Origin: Amoebidium appalachense | Taxonomy: Eukaryota; Protista; Ichthyosporea | Reading direction: 5' to 3' | Assembly (NCBI GenBank): GCA_963693365.1 | Contig: CAVNZM010000021.1 | Coordinates: forward strand, 1-64,000 | Length of the DNA: 64,000 nucleotides | Part shown: piece by piece, positions 41,507 through 50,771 of the stretch | How the letters are laid out: each line of letters begins with the position of its first letter | How positions within the stretch are numbered: the first letter of the stretch is position 1 | Notes under the pieces: generated by a model | Databases searched by the model: none | The model's input: the letters and a program-made list of their open reading frames with translations, nothing else | What the model was told of the DNA's origin: nothing | Made by a program: the position numbers and the translations under genes

Positions 41507-42641
41507 ATGGACAACCCTACCCCAGCCAGCATCAACATGGACAGCCTCGCCAAGCAGTTCCCCATGTTCAAGAACGCCGGTATGCGAGTCGACCAGGCTA
41601 CCAACAAGGCCAGCGTTCTGGACGCCATCGCGCTGGTGCTGGGGAATCGCAATGCCGCACACAAGGCTTGGCATGACATGAAAATGACCAGTCAGAGCGC
41701 CCCAATCGTCAAACCTACCGGCAGTAAGGTTGACTTGATTGGGCAGAACTTACTTGAGTGACATCATCGACATTCGCCTGCCAGGCATGAGCAAGCCCAC
41801 CCCGATGGCCCCCTTCAAGACCCTGCTCGAGATCATCTACCTGCTGCCCGGCAAGCGTGCGCACGAGGTGCGCCGCACCAGCGCGGCGTACATGTCGCGC
41901 CTGCTCGCCGGCGACCTGTCGCTCATCGACGACATCGAGGCCCGCTACGCCAACAGCACGCCCGAGGAGCGCGAGTTCTTCCGTAACGGCGTCGAGGAGA
42001 CCCCCGAGCGCGCGGCCAAGCGCACGGCCCGCGAGGCGCAGCTGGAGGAGCTGGTGGCCGAGAAGACCAAGCTGCTGAAGGTTGCCATGGAGCTGATGGA
42101 CGAGCAGCGGCTGACCATTGCGCTGCGCAACGGGGCCATCCGCCAGATGCGCGAGCAGATCAACTCGGACCCCCACACGCTCAACGAGCGCGTGCTGCCC
42201 GATGACGTAGGCAAGTGTGCACTGGACGTCGGGTGCGAGGTGCTGCGCGCACGCCTGCTCAACTTTGCCAACAGCGTGGTGAGTGCGCTGTTCGCAGACC
42301 AGACATCAGGCGAGGCGTGGCTGATCCGCAAGTTCGTCAAGGACACCGTCGGTGTGAGCATCTGGGACGAGAAGGAGGGGCGCGTGAGCGTGGTGCTTGC
42401 CCGCACGGCCTTGCAGGGAGCCATCAAGCGCCGGATCATCGAGGGGTGGAAGCGCAACGTCACCTACTGCACGGAGATGACGGTGCTCGAGGCGTACACG
42501 GTGCTGAGTAGGGCACGGGACTGGCTGTGCCTGCACATGCCCAAGACGCAGCACACGCACAACTTCAGCGATGTGGTGGACCTCCTGGAGTCCAAGTACA
42601 CGGGGGTCCAGCCGCTTGCCATGGAGCCGGCACTCGCTTGA
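41507..42641 (+). CDS. Bro-N-like DNA-binding protein split at a 43-bp hairpin
   Basis: ASVLDAI (frame A), then LPG..KPTPMA...LLPGKRA...LAGDLSLIDDI (frame B); TATA at 41428. Confidence 0.72.
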
Positions 42642-42784
42642 CCTGGGTAGTTTTGGTAGACAAATCTAGATTAAAGGTCGTTGCCTGTTCCCTGTTGTGT
42701 CTGGGTATTTGCAAGCTGTGCCAATGCAAACCCTCTATGAGTTATTGATAATTATTATATAAGGGTAAATCAGAAACAGGCACC

Positions 42785-43819
42785 ATGGCCTCGAATAAGG
42801 AAGGACACAGTATACCAATGCATGTTCAGGTAATCGTAGATAAAGTGCAGAGTATATTAAAGGACCTCGAAGCCCGGGTCAAACGAGAAGCCTCTGGCAC
42901 CACACAAGCCATCATCGAAACCTTGTCAAATATGCTACCCCTATTAATAAAGATCGTGGAACCTAGTTCTATAGAGCTGCTCAAACCTCAAATCGACAAT
43001 CTTGCAACAGAGTCAACAAACCTCGAGACCGCTCGTAAAGCCCTCGACAGCTTCAGCGATTTGGTCAGAGAAACCCGAAACGTTGCTCTCGCCAGATTGA
43101 GTACCGAAGGGATTACAGACACAGTGAAGAAGGAAACAGCAGCCATTGAAAAGACACTGGGGGATCTCATGAGTGGTTTTGATAACAACCAGTCCCTCAT
43201 CGAAGCAATTGGTTTATCAGAAAGTAACAACGTACAGTTGAAGCGAAAATTGGATGAGGTAATACTCAGCAACAACCCAGGGCCGACACGGACGTCCGCA
43301 GCAGACTATCGATACAAACCTAGGGATTCAGATACCTGGATGGCGACATTTGTTGACATCTACAACGGAAAGGTGTTCGTCCAAGGGCACTCACCCTGGG
43401 TTTTGTGCGATGGGATTATCAGGAGGGCTATTTTTTCTGGCCTGATGGTGTTCCAAGGGGAGACCGGCACCAACTGCTGGGTACTGAAAATCCCTGGATC
43501 AACCAGGTATATAGTCATTCCCCTTCAGCGCTGCAACGCAAAAAAGATCGAGATTTTCGAGGGTGCGACCTTCTCGGAGACATCAGTAGACGTGCTTCTG
43601 TTTGCAGGAGATCCCGACTTTGCTTATGCGTGCATCCTGGCCTACCAACATGCTCTTGCCGGGCTATGGACGATAGCACAAGTTACAACAAATTGTTTTG
43701 CACAGGCGTATGGTCAAGGAAAGGTGGACGATGTCAAAGTCGCTGACGAAAAGGGAGACGAATTGTTTGATGATACACAGGCTGTCCATGGCTACATACA
43801 GGCATTGCACTCATCCTAA
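42785..43819 (+). CDS. Hypothetical coiled-coil protein
   Basis: ATG ORF; TATA at 42756. Confidence 0.7.
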   Translation: MASNKEGHSIPMHVQVIVDKVQSILKDLEARVKREASGTTQAIIETLSNMLPLLIKIVEPSSIELLKPQIDNLATESTNLETARKALDSFSDLVRETRNVALARLSTEGITDTVKKETAAIEKTLGDLMSGFDNNQSLIEAIGLSESNNVQLKRKLDEVILSNNPGPTRTSAADYRYKPRDSDTWMATFVDIYNGKVFVQGHSPWVLCDGIIRRAIFSGLMVFQGETGTNCWVLKIPGSTRYIVIPLQRCNAKKIEIFEGATFSETSVDVLLFAGDPDFAYACILAYQHALAGLWTIAQVTTNCFAQAYGQGKVDDVKVADEKGDELFDDTQAVHGYIQALHSS

Positions 43820-43884
43820 AGGGTCGGCAGGTATATAAGGTCGACGTGTTACATCCAACCTTCACATTTCAACGATCCTTTGGA

Positions 43885-45186
43885 ATGAACCAGTGGACGA
43901 CTGTCGAATCAGCATCCGTGGCCCATGTGCTGACATGCGAACGCATAACATATGCAAACCTGGATCGCAGCATCACAGGGCTGGGGGTGGTGGATGGTAT
44001 ACTGTACATGGCTGTGGAACACCTTGTCTTCCAAGTCAACGACATCGGGCGTATAACAAACAGAAGTGCAGATCTCAATCCAGGTAAACGAATCAAAGCG
44101 ATACGGACTATTGTCCCTTCGGACAGGACACTCGTACATCCCGTCTTGGTAGGCAGGTCTGGGAACCCTACCGAGTACATGGTCCTCGACAACTCCTCCC
44201 CAGGCACCATTCACGCGCATCAAGTGGGATATGTCGACGATATTCAACAGCTTTACCTTGAGGGCGGGGTACCGGTATATTCTCCTCGCCCTCCTATGCC
44301 CATCCGCGACCTGTCGCCAATGATAGGCGGTGCGTGGTGCTGCAACCACATGTCCACGCGCGGCTATCACAAATACAACAGGGAGGAAACCACGAGCTGG
44401 ATATTCGATACGACCACACAGTGTGTCTTTGAGGTATCGGTACACGGGGTCGGTTATGTAGCGGGGCCGTTCACCACGGTCCTTGGTGAATCCCAGGCAG
44501 CCGTACACATTGCAGTGTCTGGTCCAGTTGTTTTCCTGGCTTCGGGAACCAGCTTGTACCGAATAACTCGGCAAACGCTGTTCGGCTATGCCTCTCAACC
44601 ATCACACCACAGGCGTGTTCTTGTCGAGTTTCCCGGTGGAAGGCACATAAAACTGTTGGATGGCAGCGTACGTGTGTGCGGGGAACTCCTCTCCCATACA
44701 AACGATTTCTTCAGGGTGCTCCTTGGCGCAGCCTACCTCGAGCACACCAAAGGGCCCCGATTGGCAGTCACCCATCTGGCATTTTACTGTATTCTGCAAT
44801 ATCTTCACCTGGGGAATATCGAACTGCCGCTCGAGGACAAGTTCACGCTCTCCAACCTTCTCCAGCTCGCCGAATTCGCATGGTTCATTGGGGAGGAGAA
44901 CCTTAGCCGAGCCACCCTCTATCGTCTTCTGTCCCACAGAAACGGCCCCAACAGGCGCGTCTCGTTACACGATGCAGAACCCCCAGACTGGTACGGAGTT
45001 TTGGCGCGCATCAACCACGCGAGCCTTCCGGCAGAAGAACTGGCACTGCCGTTTTTCAAGCACATCTTTGCGCTCCTGCTGCTCCTGAACACGCGTGCGT
45101 GCGTGCCCGACAGCGCCCTGCCGGATGAGGTGACGCGCGCGGACCTGTTGTATCTCCACAACACGCCCTACCGACACATGTATTGA
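43885..45186 (+). CDS. BTB/POZ domain protein with a beta-rich N-terminus
   Basis: LLSHTNDFFRVLL...AFYCILQYLHLG...LLQLAEFA; TATA at 43830. Confidence 0.7.
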   Translation: MNQWTTVESASVAHVLTCERITYANLDRSITGLGVVDGILYMAVEHLVFQVNDIGRITNRSADLNPGKRIKAIRTIVPSDRTLVHPVLVGRSGNPTEYMVLDNSSPGTIHAHQVGYVDDIQQLYLEGGVPVYSPRPPMPIRDLSPMIGGAWCCNHMSTRGYHKYNREETTSWIFDTTTQCVFEVSVHGVGYVAGPFTTVLGESQAAVHIAVSGPVVFLASGTSLYRITRQTLFGYASQPSHHRRVLVEFPGGRHIKLLDGSVRVCGELLSHTNDFFRVLLGAAYLEHTKGPRLAVTHLAFYCILQYLHLGNIELPLEDKFTLSNLLQLAEFAWFIGEENLSRATLYRLLSHRNGPNRRVSLHDAEPPDWYGVLARINHASLPAEELALPFFKHIFALLLLLNTRACVPDSALPDEVTRADLLYLHNTPYRHMY

Positions 45187-45266
45187 CCATGCGATGCGGT
45201 ATACCCATGTGCAGCTTTATGGGCTGTGATTTATTTTCTGTTCCACTGGTAATGGGACGTCCTGGC

Positions 45267-45668
45267 ATGGAAATATCCTCTATTGACGGCCTGAAAGGTG
45301 TGCTCCGGGATTACACGACGCTCCACGCCCAGCTCAAGGAGCAGAGCGCACAAACCAAACCCATCAGCCGAAAACTGAACACGATAAAGAAGGCCATTCT
45401 CAAGTACATGTCCACCGAGAACGTGCGGTCACTGGAACTGCCCACCAAGGACCTGTTGATTCTCCACGAGGCCGTCAAGAAGCCCTCGCTGAGCGAGAAC
45501 TATCTGCGAAAGCAGTTCGAGGTGTACTTCAAGGACACCAAGCAGGCCAACGACCTCCTGGCATTTCTCTCCGCCGTCCCCGAGGAGGAGGTGGCCACCA
45601 AGCAGTCTCTAAAGCACATCGACAAGGACAACTACATCGAAACCGAGTCCGTTGTAGACGAAGAGTAG
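45267..45668 (+). CDS. Conserved NCLDV coiled-coil protein (DUF5760-like)
   Basis: ILKYMSTENV...KKPSLSENYL pattern. Confidence 0.65.
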   Translation: MEISSIDGLKGVLRDYTTLHAQLKEQSAQTKPISRKLNTIKKAILKYMSTENVRSLELPTKDLLILHEAVKKPSLSENYLRKQFEVYFKDTKQANDLLAFLSAVPEEEVATKQSLKHIDKDNYIETESVVDEE

Positions 45669-45721
45669 GGGTGGATTTCTCTTCCCTCTGGCAGGGCAGT
45701 TTTATTCAAATAAACACAGGA

Positions 45722-45955
45722 TCACACCATTCCGACCAATCTCAAAGGATATGTCGTAGTCACTGTCTCCCCCCCAGCCGTAGCCGTCCTGAATGGCAAA
45801 CCCCACGTGTAGTCCCGCAGGTGGTATTCGGGCTCCCACAGCCCCCTTACTCTTTTTGCTTTTCGCGTTCTCTTTGCTCGGGCTCGTTTTGCCCGTCGCC
45901 GCGCGGCGGCTCGGGTGTTTCTGCAGCACTGCCTCGCCCCGGCCTTCCGTGACAT
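45722..45955 (-). CDS. Small Arg-rich protamine-like protein
   Basis: RAAARRRAKRARAKRTRKAKRVR. Confidence 0.5.
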   Translation of the reverse strand: MSRKAGARQCCRNTRAAARRRAKRARAKRTRKAKRVRGLWEPEYHLRDYTWGLPFRTATAGGETVTTTYPLRLVGMV

Positions 45956-45982
45956 TGTATATGCCCTACACCAAACGCCGCC

Positions 45983-46183
45983 ATGCACTCCTCCGACCCG
46001 TTTTCGCCAGCACTACAACAGCGCAAACCACAACACGTTCACACCGACCACAAGGGGAACCCGCACTGGCTGAGCAGGTGGCTTCTGCTTGTCTACCTTG
46101 CCGTCCACCCCTATGTCCTTGTCTTCGTGCCGCTGCCCGTCCTGCAGTTCTTCCTGAACAGGATGATCAAGAAGATCCCGTGA
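45983..46183 (+). CDS. Small membrane protein
   Basis: Two hydrophobic stretches. Confidence 0.4.
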   Translation: MHSSDPFSPALQQRKPQHVHTDHKGNPHWLSRWLLLVYLAVHPYVLVFVPLPVLQFFLNRMIKKIP

Positions 46184-46844
46184 GCGTGGTCGTGGTTGGT
46201 ACCATGCACCTGCCCGGCTCATGCGGCTCCTCCTCCTCCCACGCCTGCAGCTCGTGGTCGGCGCGCACGTCGAGCACCTTCCCCTGGAACGCCATCAGGC
46301 TGGGTCCGTTGTCCCTCCACCAGTTAGGATCTCGCACCACCTCGTCCACCCTCAGCGACCCGTCGCGTGGATCGTACTGCACAAAGTCCGCGACGTCCAG
46401 GTCCAGCACAAACAGCTGCGTCTGCACCTGCGCCAGGTAGTGTGCCGGGATCTCCTGGCCCTCCGTGAACCTGCGCCTGTAGGGCACCTTGATCTCCACC
46501 ACGCGCCCGCAGAACGTCACCCTGTCGGGGCTTGCGCCCAGCCACCGGTGCACGGGATGCCGGACCAGCCCGAGGGGGAAACACGACCGACCTGTGCTCC
46601 GGGCGTACGCGTCGGCGGCCTCGTCCTCGTACCTGTGACCGAAACCCACAAAGACAGGGTCCACGCAGCGCCTCTCCAGGCCCGCCTTGTGCCGTATGAG
46701 GTCCTGGCGGGTCTCGTACGGGTTGACCCCCAGAGCCGCACCCACATCGGACGCAGTGAGCATGCATGAGCGTTCCCTGAGCCAGTCCTGCGAGCCCTGC
46801 GGATACGGCAGCTCGTGTTGCTTCAGTCGAGCAATGAGATCCAT
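46167..46844 (-). CDS. YqaJ-like (lambda-type) exonuclease
   Basis: QGSQDWLRER, LTASD, GHRYE, LGASPD, VEIK.P, YLAQVQTQL. Confidence 0.95.
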   Translation of the reverse strand: MDLIARLKQHELPYPQGSQDWLRERSCMLTASDVGAALGVNPYETRQDLIRHKAGLERRCVDPVFVGFGHRYEDEAADAYARSTGRSCFPLGLVRHPVHRWLGASPDRVTFCGRVVEIKVPYRRRFTEGQEIPAHYLAQVQTQLFVLDLDVADFVQYDPRDGSLRVDEVVRDPNWWRDNGPSLMAFQGKVLDVRADHELQAWEEEEPHEPGRCMVPTTTTLTGSS

Positions 46845-46872
46845 TGTGACGGGCACTGCCCATCCAGCTTCT

Positions 46873-47583
46873 TTAATACCCGCGCGCATCCGCCTCCAGG
46901 GCGGCCGCAATAGACACGGCTATCCCAATAAACACCTCCCTGCCATTCATGCGGTACCTGCGCCTCGTGACTATGCCTATCAGACACCCACGCAGGTCCA
47001 CAAGGGGCCCTCCCGAATTCCCGCGGTCAACGGCCCCGCTGAACACAAGTTCCTGGGTGGAACCCTGCACATCCAAGAGCGTCCCCACACTGAACTGCAC
47101 ACCCCTGTACCCCGAAGGGAGACCGATGGCCAGGACGGACATGCCAGGGGCAGCGGGGGTTGCATAGTAGCGACAAAAGCGGTCGTCGTGCATCCCATGT
47201 GCGTACACCGAATGGAGGATGGCAAAGTCGTGCTCGGCGCTCCTGTATCGGACAGTGGCGTTGGATACGGTGCCGTCCGGGAACACGACGGCCAGCTGGT
47301 CTGGGTGCCTGGTGGGGGGGCCGTGCGCACACGTAAGCACAAACACCCCGTGGCCTGTCCCGTCCGGTATGTATGTCCCCGATGTCCAACCGACGCCCGT
47401 AACCGCATGCGTCACCCTCACAATGTGGCTGTGTGCGAGATGTGCAACATCGGGGTAGCGGTCTATGTTGGCCACTCCTTCATAGGCAAACAGCACGCTG
47501 CCATCTCCAGAACCGTAGCGGGACAACGTCTGGGCACGTATCTTACACCCAAGAAGAAGCAAGAACAGACAAAAGACACGCAT
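46873..47583 (-). CDS. Secreted trypsin-like serine protease
   Basis: Signal peptide; triad motifs LTCAH, DFAIL, GNSGGPL. Confidence 0.9.
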   Translation of the reverse strand: MRVFCLFLLLLGCKIRAQTLSRYGSGDGSVLFAYEGVANIDRYPDVAHLAHSHIVRVTHAVTGVGWTSGTYIPDGTGHGVFVLTCAHGPPTRHPDQLAVVFPDGTVSNATVRYRSAEHDFAILHSVYAHGMHDDRFCRYYATPAAPGMSVLAIGLPSGYRGVQFSVGTLLDVQGSTQELVFSGAVDRGNSGGPLVDLRGCLIGIVTRRRYRMNGREVFIGIAVSIAAALEADARGY

Positions 47584-47733
47584 GTTCGCGATCCGCACTT
47601 CAGGCCGGACTGGCCGTGCCGGCGCGATCCGGATCGAAGTAAGGAACCCCGCATTTATGCCAGCCAATCAGATCGGTCGACCCATGCCGACCAATCGGAT
47701 CGCGCGCACCGATTCAATTTGATTAGATCCAGA

Positions 47734-48099
47734 TCAAAACTCCGGTTCGGCTACGTCATGGATGTTTTGGCATGGCCTCCCGGTTTCGCCGGGGCCCACA
47801 TTGTATCCACACCCTGAAGCCCTCGAGGTGGTGCGCATGGGTGGGTCATACTTGGTGGAGGGGGCGCTTGGAGATGTGCGCTGCCTGTCATCATAAAAGC
47901 GGGAAGGCAGCACGAGGTACTTGGTGCGCCACTGCGCCCTGTACCGATGGCGCCTGCGCTCTCTGTCGCCGCGCGAGCTACGCCGCTTGGCCGGCCGTCT
48001 GTGGGTGTGCCTGCCTGAGCAACGCTTCTTTCCCTTCCGTTTCTTGCAGGTTTTAGCCGTGGAGGAGTGACGGCGGCGGGTCATGGTTCTTGCATGCAT
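47734..48099 (-). CDS. Arg/Lys-rich basic protein
   Basis: KKRKGKKRCSGRHTHRRPAKRRSSR. Confidence 0.5.
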   Translation of the reverse strand: MHARTMTRRRHSSTAKTCKKRKGKKRCSGRHTHRRPAKRRSSRGDRERRRHRYRAQWRTKYLVLPSRFYDDRQRTSPSAPSTKYDPPMRTTSRASGCGYNVGPGETGRPCQNIHDVAEPEF

Positions 48100-48270
48100 T
48101 TTCGGCGCCGGCGCCCATTTTGCTGCCGAATACGAGCCAATAAAGGCCGTGTGGTTATGGTGAATGGACGTGGTGGTGCTAGAGGAAAAAAGACTGTGTT
48201 TTTTCTTCTGTGTATTACGTGATGTCAAGGAAGCGCGCAACACTGCAATAAACAGCTGTTTTTTGGTTGC

Positions 48271-49341
48271 TCACTTCGCGCCCGAATACGGGAAGGTCAC
48301 GCCCTCCCGCATGGTCATGTTGTCGCGGTACGTGTCGGGGTTGATCATGCTGGCCTTCTGCTGGTCCTCGGCCATGCGCATGCGCTTGAGGCTGTCGTCA
48401 AAATCGTCCAGATCCAGCTCGCGCTTGCGGGAGAGCATCGCCGCAAAGTCCGCCGTCGGACGAGCGTTGATGGCGGCCCCCGACGCCGCAAGCAGCGCGT
48501 TGTTCTGCGCCTGCAGGCTGCTGTTGAACGCCTGCACCGACACCTGCTGCTGGAAGTTGCGCATGCGCGAGTACTCGTCGCGCTCGGCCGCCTCGAACAT
48601 GGCCATGCGCTGCGAGACGTCCTCCTGCGCCTTGAACCATGGCAGCAGGAAGTTCTTCTCCAACGCGGCCTCCTGCTCCTTCAGGTGCTCGTTCTCGGCC
48701 TGCAGCCGGAAGTACTCGAGCTCGAGCTCCAGCAGGCACTGCTGCAGCAGCTTGATCTCGCGGTCGCGCTTGAGCACCTCCACCGAGTCCTTGGGGGTGC
48801 TCGCCCGCACCAGGTCGGCGAACTGGGCGGCCACCTTGTCGAAGGCGGGGTCCACGCGCGTGACGGCCTCGGCCATGGTGGCCGGCGGCACGGGGTGCCG
48901 TGCGTGCGTGCGGGGCCGGGCCAGCATCATGCTCCGGATGCCCGGGATCATGGCAGAAATGAAACTCCTCATTTCCATGGCGCTGACATTGGGCATTAGT
49001 AAATCGATTTTGCCCTCCGCGTATCTGGCAAAGGCTGGAGTAGCAACCGATGTAGGGCGCACGAACACGTGAGCGAAGAGCGGAAGGTTGAGCACGCGCC
49101 AATCCAGGCCAAGCACCACAACTCCCTTGCCCCCTTCATGTCCGATGTCAAGGGGTGTTTTTGGATCGTTGGCCAGCCAATGTTGCATGGCAACCAACAA
49201 GCATGAGACTGACACTTTGTTCGACTTCTCGATCTCATCCGCCTCCTTTTGGTTGACCTTTTTAGGGAGCCTTCCAGGGGTTTTATTGGATAGGCGGTTC
49301 TTGTATTGTTCGAGATTCAGGGCTGTGACATTGCTTGACAT
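48271..49341 (-). CDS. Hypothetical coiled-coil protein
   Basis: Long ORF with a heptad-like C-terminal half. Confidence 0.65.
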   Translation of the reverse strand: MSSNVTALNLEQYKNRLSNKTPGRLPKKVNQKEADEIEKSNKVSVSCLLVAMQHWLANDPKTPLDIGHEGGKGVVVLGLDWRVLNLPLFAHVFVRPTSVATPAFARYAEGKIDLLMPNVSAMEMRSFISAMIPGIRSMMLARPRTHARHPVPPATMAEAVTRVDPAFDKVAAQFADLVRASTPKDSVEVLKRDREIKLLQQCLLELELEYFRLQAENEHLKEQEAALEKNFLLPWFKAQEDVSQRMAMFEAAERDEYSRMRNFQQQVSVQAFNSSLQAQNNALLAASGAAINARPTADFAAMLSRKRELDLDDFDDSLKRMRMAEDQQKASMINPDTYRDNMTMREGVTFPYSGAK

Positions 49342-49342
49342 T

Positions 49343-50323
49343 CTACCTGTAACACGAAAAATCAGTGGCATCGACCGGCGACAGCAGCATGCCCTGAATC
49401 CATGCCAACATCAGGATATTGGGATACACGGATGCCTTATCCGCTTCTAAACAGCCCGAATCAGTGATATTTCTAACTATGATGTTGCCGCCATCCGTTG
49501 GATCGCTTGCGGGGTGAGATCTCGTGTCGATGTAGAAACGAGATCCACTCTTTCCCACTGAGCACTGCGACATCTGCTCATCGATCGTGCGTGCGGCAAC
49601 CTGAAGGGCTGCAACCAATGCGCCAACCGTCAGGTCTTCAGCCGCAATGAGAAGAATCGCAAACTCCTCCCAATCGTCCGAATCAAGACAGTCTTGGTAG
49701 AAAAGCTCCTTGCAGAGCTCCGTCTCGGCCCCACGCATGGCCGGCCAGTGCACCGTCGCATCGAAGTACTTCCGGGTCACACACGACGCTTCCGACGCCG
49801 TGCTGGCAAGCCCGATGATGGGAATGGTGTACCCAAGCCCAAGCACCAGCACGGAGATGCTCTGCTCCGTGAGGTTGTGTGCGTCTCGCACCACCAGCAC
49901 GCCCCCCTTGTCATGCTGCGCAAACCAGTTGAGCGCCGGCAAGTTGTCGCTGTTCAGTAGTTCTCCCACCGTCAGTACCCAGGGAAACCTTCCTACCCGC
50001 CGACACACCGAGAAAACGCAGTGCAGCTTGCCACCACCGGCGGGCCCGTATAGCAGCACCTTCTGAGCAGCGGCCACATGCGCGTGGGTCGCCGTGACCT
50101 CCTCACGGTTCACTAACAGGATCTCCCTAAGGGCTGTATCGGCGCGCCCGAGCCACCCTAGAAGCCTCTTGCGGTCCTCGGGCGCCAGGACCGGGGGGTT
50201 GTCCGCGCCGAGCACCTCGGCGTAGTCCAGGGCCTCGTCGGGCGTGTCGCGGTTTACCACCTTGGTGCGAAGGTCACGGTTTGCCGCTAAATAGCCCTTG
50301 AGTGTGGAAAGGTCGTACGACAT
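49343..50323 (-). CDS. AAA+-like ATPase with a degenerate Walker A
   Basis: VLLYGPAGGGKL; LVVRDAH. Confidence 0.6.
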   Translation of the reverse strand: MSYDLSTLKGYLAANRDLRTKVVNRDTPDEALDYAEVLGADNPPVLAPEDRKRLLGWLGRADTALREILLVNREEVTATHAHVAAAQKVLLYGPAGGGKLHCVFSVCRRVGRFPWVLTVGELLNSDNLPALNWFAQHDKGGVLVVRDAHNLTEQSISVLVLGLGYTIPIIGLASTASEASCVTRKYFDATVHWPAMRGAETELCKELFYQDCLDSDDWEEFAILLIAAEDLTVGALVAALQVAARTIDEQMSQCSVGKSGSRFYIDTRSHPASDPTDGGNIIVRNITDSGCLEADKASVYPNILMLAWIQGMLLSPVDATDFSCYR

Positions 50324-50345
50324 ACCGGTTGCCAGGAAAATACCG

Positions 50346-50735
50346 CTAGCGGGGCGCGTTCCACTGCCACCGTGGCGAAGGGGGCTCCACGGGTGGCTGC
50401 TGCTGCATGCGGCGCAGCTCGTCGCCCATGTGCATGACGGCCCAGCGCAGGCGCACGATCTCCCGCACAAAGTCGTTGTGGTCGTGCTGCATGTCGGCGA
50501 GGCCGTCAATGAGCTCACCCACCTTATCGTACACGGCGTGCAGGTCCTTGCGCATGGCGTCGATCTCGCGCACGTGCAACTCGACCAGGGACGCCTTGCG
50601 ATCGTTCTCGTACTCCAGGCGCGCCACGTCCTCCTTCAGCGACCGCACACGCGCGTACACGTCGTTCCGCATGAACCGGCCTAGCCCGAGGCCCTCGGAG
50701 AGAACCGACTGCCGCCGCATACAGGGGGCGGACAT
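50346..50735 (-). CDS. Short coiled-coil protein
   Basis: VRSLKEDVARLEYEN. Confidence 0.55.
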   Translation of the reverse strand: MSAPCMRRQSVLSEGLGLGRFMRNDVYARVRSLKEDVARLEYENDRKASLVELHVREIDAMRKDLHAVYDKVGELIDGLADMQHDHNDFVREIVRLRWAVMHMGDELRRMQQQPPVEPPSPRWQWNAPR

Positions 50736-50771
50736 TTTGTCTTTAATTCGAATTCGTCCATGACCCATCGC

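Noticed and set aside
49172-49198. CAGCCAAT next to the GTTGC-ATG-GCAAC palindrome as another cassette
   Set aside because: The arms are short and the spacing does not fit the 17-19.5 nt geometry.
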